A DNA stretch of 64,000 nucleotides from Malassezia furfur. Lineage: Eukaryota. The stretch lies in assembly GCA_052055015.1 (NCBI GenBank), contig JBQJIT010000006.1. One strand, given 5' to 3'. The translations under genes were made by a program, and so were the position numbers. Under the pieces are notes generated by a model that saw only the letters and a program-made list of their open reading frames with translations, searched no databases and was not told the origin of the DNA. Each line of letters opens with the position of its first letter. The first letter of the stretch is position 1. Positions 1 to 11,537 of this stretch are shown piece by piece.

Positions 1-909
1 CACGGCGATGCGCGCGCCGCGTCGCTGCTGCTCGCGCGCGCGCGCCGCGAGGTCGACACGCCGCGTGTCTGGCTCAAGAGCGTGCAGTGGGAGCGCACCG
101 ACGGCACGCCCGAAGCGGCCCTTGCGCTCGTCCAGGAGGCGCTGCAAAAGTTCCCTCGCGCACCCAAGCTGCACATGGTGCACGGCCAGCTGCACGAGGC
201 GCGCAGCGACGATGCGGGCCTTCGCGCCGCGCGCGATGCGTACGCGGCGGGGCGCCCGCAGTGCCCCGACGCCCTGCCGCTGTGGCTGCTGAGCAGCCGG
301 CTCGAGGAGCGGGCGGGGCATGCGCCCCGTGCGCGTGCGCTGCTCGAAAAGGCGCGCAAGGCGCACGAGCGGAGCGACGTGCTCTGGGCCGAGTCGGCCG
401 CCGTCGAGCTGCGCGCGGGCAGCTTCGCGCAGGCCAAGAGCCTGCTGGCGCGTGGGCTGCAGGCGTGCCCGGCGTCTGGCGTGCTGTGGACCATGTCGAT
501 CTGGCTCGAGCCGCGCCCGGCGCGCAAGACGCGCGCGGCCGACGCGCTGCGGCGCACAGGCGACCACGCGCAGGTGATCTGCACCGTGGCGCGCCTCTTC
601 TGGGACGAGGGCAAGGTCGCGCAGGCGCGCAGCTGGTTCGGCAAGGCCGTCGCCGCCGACCGCGACGACGGCGACGTGTGGGGCTGGTGGTACGCGTTCG
701 AGGACGCGCACGCGCGCACCGAGGGTGACGCGCCGCGTGCGCAGGTGCTGGAGCAGGCGGTGCGCGCTGCGCCGCGCCACGGTGCGGCGTGGGCGCCGCT
801 GCGCAAGGACCCGCGCCATGTGCGCGAAGACGTGCGCACGCTGCTGCCGGTGCTCGCGGCGCAGCTCGTGGCGGCGCACGCGGCGCATGCGGGCGCCGCT
901 GGGCCGTAG
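1..909 (+). CDS. PRP6: Pre-mRNA splicing factor Prp6, C-terminal HAT/TPR repeats (5' end outside window)
   Basis: Frame open from base 1 (RVWLKSVQWER...LWLLSSRLEE...ARGLQACPASGVLW...DGDVWGWWYAFE...PRHGAAW), typical of the Prp6 C-terminus. Confidence 0.9.
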   Translation, partial: HGDARAASLLLARARREVDTPRVWLKSVQWERTDGTPEAALALVQEALQKFPRAPKLHMVHGQLHEARSDDAGLRAARDAYAAGRPQCPDALPLWLLSSRLEERAGHAPRARALLEKARKAHERSDVLWAESAAVELRAGSFAQAKSLLARGLQACPASGVLWTMSIWLEPRPARKTRAADALRRTGDHAQVICTVARLFWDEGKVAQARSWFGKAVAADRDDGDVWGWWYAFEDAHARTEGDAPRAQVLEQAVRAAPRHGAAWAPLRKDPRHVREDVRTLLPVLAAQLVAAHAAHAGAAGP

Positions 910-945
910 TCGTACACACATCGAATCTATATACCATTACGTTCG

Positions 946-2790
946 TCACACTTTGTTGTCGTCCGCGGACCGCTTCGGCTTCTTGCTCGAGCGTGGCTTC
1001 ATGCTGGCGAGCCACTGCTCCTGCCCGCGCCGGAAGCGCGGGTGCGCAAAGCTCGAGTGCGCGCCGTACAGCTCCGCGGCCGTGTTGTAAGCGGTGGGGG
1101 ATTTGTGGAAGGGCAGGGCGTCGCTGGCGCCCGCGCCGCCGCCCGCGCTGCGCGCCGAGAGGGCCTGCAGCTCGGCGGCATCGAGCAGGCGCGACGACGA
1201 GACGCGCTGGAAGCCGTACAGGTTCAGCTGGCGCACGAAGCTCGCATTGTTTCCGTGCTTGAACAGCTTCGGCAGCACGTCCGAGGCAAACTCGGCCGCG
1301 ACACCGGGATCGTTGCTCAGGATGATGGTGTCGCCCGCCTCGTTCCAGCGGATGTATTTTCCATACAGGTCAGGGTTGATCATGAGGTGCCATAGCTTCG
1401 AGATGAACGCCGAGCAGTTCGCCGCGCCGCCGAGCCGATCGCGGATCGCCGCCACCTCGTCGTTCTCGTCGACAACACGAGGCGCGCCCTCGCGCCGCGG
1501 CGCCTCGTCGTACTCGCCCGCCATCGACAGCCGGTCGAGCGCAGCTGCGGCCATATGTACCTGCGCGCGCTGCTGCGTGTCGTCCGCAGACCACGGCGTG
1601 TACGACGTGCGCCGCGACGGCACCGACGACGCATACGGCATGCCGCCGGGCGCAACGCGCGCCGCCGGTGCGCCACGCACGCGCGCTGCGCTCGCGCCGC
1701 GCACACCGGCGTACACGTACCGCTCGTCGCGCGTGCGGCTGCGCCGGTGCCGCGTAGAGAGGTCGTCGTCGTCGTACGCGGGCGACGGCGAGCGGCTAAA
1801 GCTCGGCGCAACGCCACGCACACGCACCGTCTCGCCCTCGTCCTCGGTTGCGTCGTCGTCGGGCAGGCCGGGCTCGTCGTCGGTCTCGTCGTCATCGAGC
1901 GCAAACACGGAGGCGTGTGCGGGCGCCGAGGTGCTAGGGCCCACGGAGCGCCGCACCCACGCACGCGGCTGGCCCGCCCAGAGCGGCAGGCGCGCCGGCA
2001 CCCGTGGAACGCCGTGCGACGGCGTCATGCCCATCGCGTACGCCTGGCTGAGCGGGCCCATCGCACCGGGCGAGCGGCTCGGCACGCTGTACGGCGACCG
2101 CCGTGCGCTGGTGCCGGGCGTCATCGACAGCCCACTGGCCTCGACGGGCGAGCCGACGCTGCGCATCGATAGCCAGCGCGACGATGCCGAGGAGCTCGCA
2201 CGGCTAGGCACGGGCACGGGCGCGCGCCCGCTGCTCGACAGCGACGACTCGAACGCTGGCGTCGCGTCGTCGTTCTCGTACGAGCGCGACGCGAAACAAG
2301 GGCTCGTATCGGGTGCATCGAGGACGTCGACGTCGGCGCTTGTCATGCGCTCGCGGCGCCCATCGCGCTGCGAGGCCACCGAGAACACGTCGTCGACCGA
2401 CATGTCGGCGTCGTCCATCGCCTCGTCGTCGCTCACGCGGCTCTGCCGCTCAGCAGACATTTGGAAGGGTGATACGCCAAACGGGCGGAAGCCGGCGTAT
2501 CGGAACGCGGAGCGCGACGGCGCGTCAAACTGCGACGCACGGTACAGCGCCGCGAGTGGCGACGCCACGGGCTTCTCGTCCGCAGACCGGGGATACAGAG
2601 GGGGGAAGAGACGCGGTGCCTCTTTCACCGGCGCCACATGGGCGCGATCGCTTGATACGGCCTCGCCGAGCATCATCTCGTCGGGGGGAGTCGGGATCTC
2701 GACTGGCGAATGCGAGGCATGTAGTTCCGTGTCCGGCACATCCGCACCGAGCCCAGGAGGGGGCGAGTGCGAGGCGACCAGGTTCGTCAT
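946..2790 (-). CDS. HSF-type DNA-binding-domain transcription factor with the DBD at the C-terminus
   Basis: AFISKLWHLM...IRWNEAGDTII...LPKLFKHGNNASFVRQLNLYGFQRV...FAHPRFRRG = HSF DBD. Long Ser/Pro-rich N-terminus; ATG chosen at 2790. Confidence 0.8.
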   Translation of the reverse strand: MTNLVASHSPPPGLGADVPDTELHASHSPVEIPTPPDEMMLGEAVSSDRAHVAPVKEAPRLFPPLYPRSADEKPVASPLAALYRASQFDAPSRSAFRYAGFRPFGVSPFQMSAERQSRVSDDEAMDDADMSVDDVFSVASQRDGRRERMTSADVDVLDAPDTSPCFASRSYENDDATPAFESSLSSSGRAPVPVPSRASSSASSRWLSMRSVGSPVEASGLSMTPGTSARRSPYSVPSRSPGAMGPLSQAYAMGMTPSHGVPRVPARLPLWAGQPRAWVRRSVGPSTSAPAHASVFALDDDETDDEPGLPDDDATEDEGETVRVRGVAPSFSRSPSPAYDDDDLSTRHRRSRTRDERYVYAGVRGASAARVRGAPAARVAPGGMPYASSVPSRRTSYTPWSADDTQQRAQVHMAAAALDRLSMAGEYDEAPRREGAPRVVDENDEVAAIRDRLGGAANCSAFISKLWHLMINPDLYGKYIRWNEAGDTIILSNDPGVAAEFASDVLPKLFKHGNNASFVRQLNLYGFQRVSSSRLLDAAELQALSARSAGGGAGASDALPFHKSPTAYNTAAELYGAHSSFAHPRFRRGQEQWLASMKPRSSKKPKRSADDNKV

Positions 2791-3487
2791 CTTACACTGT
2801 ACGCGGGGGGGAGGTACATGCGTATCGTAAACGGACACGAAGACCGGAAGATTGGGTCGGGTGATATCTTGAGGACCCTGCGTCCGTGAATATCGCCACA
2901 CTGCGTGCCACACAACCCCATTGCGGGGGCGTATCGAGGCGCATGGTGCAGTTTGTTGTGATTGGCACACGCTCATTGGTCAGCCGGCGCACGGACACCC
3001 ACAATTAGCTTGTGGATGCATCGCCTGCGCGCAGATGCAGCCTGGGGAGAATTGCGCCACTTATCTCCGGAAGTGCCAATCACACACGCTGCGTGCCTGT
3101 CGCGCCCCTATCAGCACCCGAGACGGCCACGCGCACCGCGGCCTCACCGATGGCGCGATTGCCACACGCCGCATGCGCGTGGCCCGTCCCTTGGGAGCAC
3201 GTGGTTACGCGCCCTCTCACAGCGCCGTCCGACACCGTAAGTGGCCAATGCGCGGCCCCACAATTTTTTTTGTTTGAGTTGGGATGCCAGATGCAGTCGT
3301 GTCCAGCGTCTCCCGGACGTGGCGAGCACGCCACACCACACCCAGGCGTCACGCAAGGGAATCCAAAAACACAATAGTTGCTCTACTTCGTCGCAATACC
3401 AGACGGCATGATCCAGTCTATCTGGCTATTCGTCCAACAGGAGTGGGGGGCGAGCAAGGACCGCACGTCACAGCAACGCGCGCACAT

Positions 3488-4551
3488 CTAGATGATCCGC
3501 TGTGGCGCCAGCTGCGCGGGTGCGGGGCTCGACTCGACCACTGCCGGCGGCTTGGACGGGTTCGCTTCCGGAGCCGAGAACAGCTCGGCGTTGCTCGTCA
3601 GCGGCCGACCATCGGAGGCAGCGCGCTGCTTGGCGTTCGCCTCGTGCAGCGGCAGTCCCTCGGCTTTCCAGCGTTTGATGTAGTCGCGCACCTTGGCCAG
3701 CACCTCCTCCTTCGTCGTGCTCTTGCCGAACGCGTCCACAAACTTGCCCTCGGGATCCATCAGGTAGAAGAAGATGGAGTGATCCACGAGGTAATCCTGC
3801 GTCGGATCCGCACCCGGCGGCGTGCTAAAGTATACGCGGTACGCCTTGCACGCCTTCTTCACGTCGTCATACGAGCCCGTGAGGCCGACCATGCGGGGGT
3901 GGAAGTCCGCAATGTACTCAGCCACGAGCGGTACACGGTCGCGCGCGGGGTCGCACGTAATAAACACGGGGTTGATCACCGGGCCTGCCTCCCGGTCCAC
4001 GACATCTACCACCTGCGACATCTTGTCAAGCTCCTCGGGGCAGATGTCGGGGCAGTTGGTGAAGCCAAAGTAGATCAGGCTAAAGCTGCCAAGCAGGTCC
4101 TCGTCCGTGATGGGATGACCAGTGGATGACACCAGCGTGAAGGGGCCGCCGATCATCGGACGGCCGACCGACTGTTCTTGCATCTGTTGCAGGCGCCGCT
4201 CATCGATCTTACGCTTCTCATGCTGGAAGTAGTAGTAGAGGCCGACACCGGTCGCGATGAACAGAAGAGCCGCAGGCACATTGAAAGGCTGTGTGAGTCT
4301 CGCAGTTTACGTACGCCCGTCAGCTGCTTGCTCGATGCAGCGCTACGTTTGGGCTGTCCAGAGGCTGCCTCGTGTTCGAGCCGCTCGGCGGCGGACTTCA
4401 TCTGTTCCGTGAGCGACGGCTTCTCTGGCCCCTTGCCATCGGTGGAGTAGGTGCGGAGTGCGTACGGCACACGCGCATACCCCTGTGCCACAGCAGTAGG
4501 GGACACGCAGAGCGCCCTCGCGCCGCTCGTCATTCTTCGTGCCCAGAGCAT
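3488..4551 (-). CDS. SCO1: Mitochondrial copper chaperone Sco1; 26-nt intron 4289-4314
   Basis: IGGPFTL, YFGFTNCPDICPEEL (CxxxC), YLVDHSIFFYLMDP. Splicing joins QLTG|PFNVPAALLF to a presequence-like exon. Confidence 0.92.
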
Positions 4552-4609
4552 CGGTGGGTGGTCGGTGCGTTGCGAAGACCGCACTTCGGCCGAAGACGCC
4601 ACGACGCGA

Positions 4610-6852
4610 ATGAGCCGCCGGCTGAATCGACGTCAGCAGCGCGAGCTCGAAGAGCTCAAGGAGCTCGATGCCATCAAAGCGGATGTCGACGAAGAGGCTG
4701 CGCCGGAGCGCGAAGATCCGGAGCCGTCTGCGCCGATGCTAGGGTTTGCCGCGGTATGTGGTGCCTGCTGACCCAGCTCCAAGTTGCCGACGACGACGAA
4801 CCGGCAGACGAGCCTGAGCCTGAGCCTGAGCCGGCGCCCGCCAAGAAGAAGAAGAACAAGAAGAAGAACAAGCGCAAAGATACCACAAAAAGTACGCCGG
4901 CCGCCGATGCGCCGCCCAAGCGCGAAGAGAAGCCGGCAAAGGACATCAACGAGATGTCGATCGAAGAGATGACCGCCTTCCTCCAGGCGCAGCAGCCGCA
5001 AGATGCGCCGCGTACTGAGCCCAAGGCCAAGAGCGAGCCTGTGTCGCCGCATGCCGTGCTGCGTGGTTCGCTCGCGCTCGATGCGCCGCAGCTCGACCCT
5101 GCGCTGGAGCTACGCCGCCAGTTTGGTGCGGCGGCGATCAAGGCGTACGAGCGTGAGAAGAATGCGGCAGGGATGCCGACGCGCGCCGGCGCACGCAGCC
5201 GCGAGAACCGTGGTGCTATGTTCAACTCGAATACGCGTGCGCGCACGCTGCTGTGCACGCCCAAGGCCACCTGGCCGGACATTGCGCGGACGTTTGTGGG
5301 TCTGAGTATGACCACGGACGAAAACGCCTCGGGCCGTGTGTGCAACTGGGTGCACAGCCGTGCGTACCGCCAGGCGCAGTTCCAGTTTGCGCAGGCGGTC
5401 AACTCGCACGACACGGGTGCACTGATGGCGCTGATGCGCGTCTTTCCCTGGCACATTGACACGCTTCTCCAGCTCTCCGACGTGTCGCGCTACCAGGGCG
5501 ATCTCGGGCAGGCGGCCGACTTTATTGACCGCGCGCTGTTTGCCATGGAGCGCTCGGCCGCGCCGCCGTTCACCGCGGGCCTCACTTCGTCGAGTGGGCC
5601 GCCGCAGGTCGACTTTTTGCGCGCCGAGAACCGCGCCTTTTGGCTCGCCGGGCACCGCAACGTCGACCTGTTTGGCCGGCGTGGTACGTGGCGCACGGCA
5701 CTCGAGTGGTGCAAGCTGCTGCTTGGCCTGGACACGACCGACCCACACGGTATGCTGTTGTGGATCGACTTCTTGGCGATCAAGAGCAAGCAGCATGCGT
5801 GGTTGCTGACGTTCCTCGACGCGCTCGAGGCCGAGCGCCGCGAGGTCATCGCCGCCCACGGCCACCTCGACAACGTCGCGGCACGCACCCCGCTCGACGC
5901 ACAGAAAGAGGCCGCGCACGAAACGTGGGACGGCGCACTTGACTGGAGCGTCGGAGCCTCGTTCGCACGGGCGCTGGCGTTGCGCGCCGTGGAGAAGGAC
6001 GAGGGCGACAAAACGCACACGCGCAGCAATGCCGCGCTGCGTCTCGCCCTCGCACGCCACCCGTGTGCGGCCGCGCTGCTCTGCGAAAAGCTCGACCTGC
6101 CCGTCCCGTCGTTTGTCCAGATGCGGGGGCAGTGGAGCGCCAAGGACCCGGCATTTGACGAGCTGCTGGCGCACCTCTATGTGCATCGCTCCATCTCGCT
6201 CTGGAAAGAGGCACCCGTCGCCGCATGGTTCCGCACCGTCTGGGACGAGGTTCGTCCGCAGCTTGAGCAAGCACGCGTCACGCCGGGCGCCGCCGACGAG
6301 GTGACGCGCATGGGCGTGTACCGCCACGTGGTCGTCGCCGACCTGCCTGAGGCGCTGCAGCAGCAGCTCATGCGCTACTTCCCGCCGGCGGTGCGCAATC
6401 CGCCGGGCGGGATGGAGACGTTTGATCCGCTGCCACCCGCACACGGATCGCGGTACGACGACGCATACTTTGCTGTGGTTGGTGACCAGCTGCGGCAGCA
6501 GCAGCCTGCGGGTAGCCAGCGCGGCGCGTGGGAGATTTTGCGCCACCTGCAGAACCTGGGCGCCGACGAGCTGCAGCAGCTCATGGACTTTGTCGACCCC
6601 GAGACCCGCGACCTACTGCTGCAGGCGCACGGCGCGCGCGAAGCGGGCGAGCTGGGCGACGTGGGCGACGTCGAGGAAGACGACGGCTTCGAGACGGAGG
6701 AGGAGCCGCTCGACGGACCAGACGACGAAGCGCCTACGGCGGCGGCGCCCGCCGCACCCGACGCGCCTGCCGATGCGTCTGCCGACACGTCTGCCGAGGC
6801 TGCGCCCGCGCCCGGCCTCATGCAACGTGCGTGGAATGCACTGTGGGGATAG
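4610..6852 (+). CDS. RQC1: Ribosome quality control subunit Rqc1/TCF25; 23-nt intron 4754-4776
   Basis: MSRRLNRRQQRELEEL start, poly-K patch, ELRRQFG, FPWHIDTLLQLS, ENRAFWLA, RRGTWRTALEWCKLLLGLD...DPHG (TCF25 family). Confidence 0.85.
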
Positions 6853-8031
6853 CTACGACTGCTGTAGGAAAAAGGCCTTTTGGTGCGCACAGGCCTCGTT
6901 GACGCACCCCGGGCACCGGAGCGCCATCTGGTGGCTGCCCTTGCCCTGGGCCCATGGCACGGCGTTCTGCAACGACTCGCTCGATGCCAGGTGCTCTGCA
7001 ACAATGTCGGCAAGCGCACGGAGGAACACGGGCTCGTCATTTAGCGACGGCGCACGCTCGAGGTGGATGCCGTGCTTCTCGGCGTCCTCCTTGAGCTCAA
7101 TGTCCAGCTCATAGAGCGTCTCAATGTGGTCGCTGGTAAACGCGATCGGCACCGCCAGCACGTTCTTGTGGCCCTGCTTGGCCCATCCCTCGACCGTGTC
7201 CGAGGTCTGCGGCCCCAGCCACGCCGAGGGCCCCACCTGGCTCTGCCACGTGAGGCGGTACGGGTTCCGCCACCCGAGGTTCTGCATCACACCCGCGACG
7301 GTCGCGGCCACCTCGGCGGGGTACGGGTCGCCGCGCCCCGAGACGACCTGCATCGGCAGCGAGTGCGCACTGAACATGATCGGCACTTGGTCGCGGATCT
7401 CGGCGGGGAAGCGCGACAGGCCCTCGCGCACGCGGTTCGCAAACGCCTGCACGAGCCCTGGGTGTGTCGGCCACCGGTCAATCACGGACCACTGGATGTT
7501 GCCCTCAGGCGCGTCCTTCGCCTTGCGTGCGGCAATTTCGCGGTACAGCTGGTTCAGCGAGCTGCCGGTGGTGCTGCACGAGTATTGCGGATACTGCGTG
7601 AACGCAACGGCGCGCGTCACGCCATCGCGCGCGAGGTCCTCCAAACAGTCTTCGGTGAGCGGGCGTGCGTAGCGGAATGCGACGTAGGCCTTGTGCGGTG
7701 CGGTGCTAGGGCTCAGCTCGTCAAGCATCTCTGCCATTTTTTCGCCTTGGAGGCGCGTCCACTGCAGGATCGGCGAGCCGCCGCCGATTTCGTCGTACTG
7801 CTGCCGGATCTTGGGCGTGCGTCTCCGTGCGATCATCGGCGCGAGGCGGGACTGGAACGGCAGGCGCATCAGGTCGCGGTCCAAGAAGAGGCGCGTCAGA
7901 AACGGGTTGACCTCGTCGAGGTCGCGTGGCCCGCCCATGTTCATCATGACCACCGCCGTCGGAGGCTTTGCGGCGGCCTGCGTCGAGAGCAGGCGCGCTG
8001 GAATGCGCAGACCAGTCGTGCGCCACGACAT
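6853..8031 (-). CDS. HEM15: Ferrochelatase
   Basis: MNMGGP, GGGSPI, FTQYPQYSCSTTGSS, FSAHSLP, WQSQVGP, FTSDHIETLYELD, C-terminal CPGC cluster ligands. Confidence 0.95.
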   Translation of the reverse strand: MSWRTTGLRIPARLLSTQAAAKPPTAVVMMNMGGPRDLDEVNPFLTRLFLDRDLMRLPFQSRLAPMIARRRTPKIRQQYDEIGGGSPILQWTRLQGEKMAEMLDELSPSTAPHKAYVAFRYARPLTEDCLEDLARDGVTRAVAFTQYPQYSCSTTGSSLNQLYREIAARKAKDAPEGNIQWSVIDRWPTHPGLVQAFANRVREGLSRFPAEIRDQVPIMFSAHSLPMQVVSGRGDPYPAEVAATVAGVMQNLGWRNPYRLTWQSQVGPSAWLGPQTSDTVEGWAKQGHKNVLAVPIAFTSDHIETLYELDIELKEDAEKHGIHLERAPSLNDEPVFLRALADIVAEHLASSESLQNAVPWAQGKGSHQMALRCPGCVNEACAHQKAFFLQQS

Positions 8032-8230
8032 GCTGCAAGAAGCGAAGAGGTTGGAAATCCCCGGGCCTCCACTGGCTCCAGCGCGCCGCCCAGGCCACCG
8101 GGCACCTGCCGCGGCGCCCCTGCCTGGGTCCAGGTCACGTGCGTGCAGCGTGCGCCGCGTTCCTTTCAGTGTTGCGTAGAAGACGGATCGATTTTGTCGG
8201 CGCGGACGCATGCTTTGATTGGTGTGCTAG

Positions 8231-11200
8231 ATGGATTCCAACGAGGTTCAGCTGGCACAAGCTGTGGAAATTGCGTCCAATGCAGCGGCAGTGACCGACA
8301 CGAACCTGGTGTCGCAGGCGCTCGCGTACCTGGAACAGCTTAAACAGGCCACCGACGAGTCCTGGAGCACCGGGTGGGCCGTGTGGGTTGCGCGCGACGA
8401 CGGGCACGCCAAATATGCGCATGCCGTGCGTCTGTTCGGTTTGAACCTGGTCGATGACTTTCTCGAGCGACGGTACGTGGCGCACACCACTCACGCAGCG
8501 TGCATGCCGTGGCCAACCCCGGAGAAACGCTGGCCTTCCTGCAAGAGTCAACGCTCGCCTACCTGCAGATTGAGTTTGTTGCAGGCAACGGCGAACAGGG
8601 TGTGGTATTCATGAAAAACAAGCTCGCGCAGACGCTCTCGCTGCTCGTGCTGCAGACGTACAGTTTGACGAACTCCTACTCCTTCCTGATGGCGCTGCTT
8701 ACCCTGTGCACGACGACCGAGGCGCAGGACGGCTCGCTGAACGCGCTGACCACAGACCTTGTGCTGCGTGTGCTGCATGACCTGTCGCTCAGCCTCGGCT
8801 CGGACGTGACGCTGCGCTCGGTGCGCTCCAAGGAGCGCCTCCAGCGCGATGCCGTCGTCCGCGATGAGATTCGCGCGCACCATGCGTCTAACATTGCCGA
8901 GCTGCTCTGGAAGGTGATCCGCGACGCGCTGAGTGCCCTGACTTCCGAGGCGCCGGTCGCGAACCCGTCGCCACACAGCCTGTACGGTGGTGCGGCCGGC
9001 AGCCTGGCGCAGGTCGCGATGGCGGTGGTCGGCGACTTTGCGACGTGGATCGACATTGGGCTCGTGATCAACATGGACACGGTGCCGATCCTGTTCAACG
9101 CGCTGCACTCGCAGCACCCCCAGCTGCGCTGCGTCACGGCGGATACCCTGTGTGAGATTGTGTCGAAGGGCATGAAGCCGGCTGACAAGCTGGCGCTTAT
9201 CCAAGGGCTCAAGCTCGACGAGGTCGTTGCCTCGCTTGAGTCGTCCACGCGCAGCGCCGCACAGGGCGGCGGCGGCGGCGAGGATGCAGCGAGCGAGCTG
9301 CGCGAGCATCTCGCCAAGCTCGTCAATGTGGTCAGCATCGAGCTGTGCAAAATCGCCGAGGACCAGGCGGGTGCCGAAGCCGAGACGCGCGAGGCGGCAC
9401 AGGCCAAGCTGCTCGACTTTTTGCAGCTCGTGCTGGCATTCTTGCAGGACGAGTACGACGAGCCGGCCGAGCAGGTGTTGCCGAGCATCCACCTCGTCCT
9501 CTCGCTGTACAAGAAGAACAAGCGTCAGGGCGAGGCCATGGGCGCTGGTCTGAGCGGCGCGCAGGCCGAGTTTATTGCGCGGCTCATCCAGCTCGTCCTG
9601 GCCAAGTTCCGGTTCGACGGTGAGGTGGACTGGGAGGACTCGTCGCTGGTCGGTGGCCCTGCGGACGCCGACGCCGACGATGCCGAGGAGGACGACGAAC
9701 AGTTGCTCAAGTTTTACGAGCTGCGCAAGCAGCTGCAGATGATCATGGGCGCCATCGCGGCGATTGACGAGCCGCTTGTCTCCAACACGATTCACTCGCT
9801 CGTCTCCTCGACGCTGGCGCTCGGCGAGCAACAGGAGCTGCCCTGGGAGCAAGCGGAGCTGTGCCTGTACGCAATCTACTCGTGCGGCGAAGTGCTCAGC
9901 TCGATCCGCGGCAACAAGGTGGGCCTTGGCCCGCACTCCTACGTGCAGCTCCCCGACGAGCCCGGCAAGGCGCGCAACGTGCGCCAGTCCGTCTCGGTAT
10001 ACCAGAGCTTGCCGCTGAACCAGCTTGGCGAGATGCTTCAGCTCGTGTTCCGCTCGCGGCTCTCGGAGCATCTGCACCCCGTCGTTCAGCTGCAGTACTT
10101 TGAGTGTGTGGTGCGCTATGCGTCGAGCTTCCTGCTCTGGCCCGAGTTCCTGCCCGGCGCGCTGTCCGCGTTCCTGGACGCACGCGGACTGCGCAACCCG
10201 CGCGTGGGGATGCGGCGGCGCATCAACTACCTGTTCTACCGCTTTGTGCGCGATACCCGCTCGGCGATCCCCGCAGAGTTTGTCCCGCGGCTGCTCGAGG
10301 GCATGCAGGAGTCGTTCTATGTGCAGGCCAAGCTCCCCGAGGTCACGCCGGAGGAGGACCCGCTGCAAAAGGCGACGGAGCGCGCGAGTGCGTTCGACAG
10401 TCAGCTGTATCTCTTTGACACGGCGGGCCTGCTCATTGCGCAGCTCAGCCCGTCGCCCGACACGCAGGTGATGCTGTTCAAGGCCATCACGCAGCCGCTC
10501 GCCGAGCAGCTGCAGCAGGCCGTGCAGGCGTTTGGCGCAGACAACACGAACCTGCAGCCCGTGCTGCAGGCGCACCATCTGATCCTTGCGCTCAGCACGC
10601 TCGCCAAGGGTTTCCCGGACTACGACGCGAGCCGCACGACGGAGCCCGCGTGGATCCCCGAGTTCAAGCCCGTTACGGAGCAGATCCTGCTTGCGCTCAC
10701 CGCGCTGAACCAGTTTATGATCATCCGCGAGGCGGCGCGCGGTGCATTTGCGCGGATCGTCACGTCCGCAGGCCCGGCGGTGCTGCCCTACATACCCACA
10801 CTAATCCATGCGCTCGTGAACGAAGTGAGCGAAGGCGAGCTTGTCGACCTGCTCAACTTCTTTGGCCTGATCACACACAAGTACAAAAAGGATGTGCGCG
10901 ATGTGATGGACGACCTGTTCATGGTGCTGGTCAACCGCATCTTCTCCTTCCTGAACCAGAGCGTCCAGGGCACCGACGACTACGTGCGCCGCGCCGACAT
11001 GGAGCGCGCCTACTTTGGCCTCGTCAATGCGCTCCTCTCGGCGGGCCTCGACGGGGTGCTCGTCTCGGAAAAGAACCAGCAGCAGCTCCAGTCGGTGCTG
11101 CAGAGCCTCGTGTTCTACGCAGAAAACGGCGAGCCGCTCACGCAACGCTCAGCGATCGGCGTCCTGGTGCGCCTCGTGACACTGTGGGGCACGCGCTCGG

Positions 11201-11529
11201 ACAATGACGCGAGCACTTTGCCGGGCTTTGAGCAGTTCCTGTACGACGCCATTCTCCCGCTCGTGTTCCAGATCCCGAGCAAGCCGTCGTTCGATGCCAG
11301 CGATGCACAGGCTCAGCAGGTGCTCACCGAGCTCAGCGTGCTGCTCAAAACCATCCACCAGGCGCGCGGCGACGAACTGATCCAGTACCTCACCGCCGTG
11401 TACCTGCCGAGTGTCCAGTGCCCCCTTGACATGGGCATGGAGCTCGCCCAAAACATCCAAACCCTTGAGGCGAAACCGCTGAAACGCTACCTCGAAACAT
11501 TCATCGCCAAGTCGCGTGGCGCTGCGTAG
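8231..11529 (+). CDS. LOS1: Exportin-T (tRNA exportin); 26-nt intron 8473-8498
   Basis: Importin-beta-like HEAT protein of ~1090 aa: [55 protein letters not shown]. Confidence 0.85.
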
Positions 11530-11537
11530 GAGATTTG

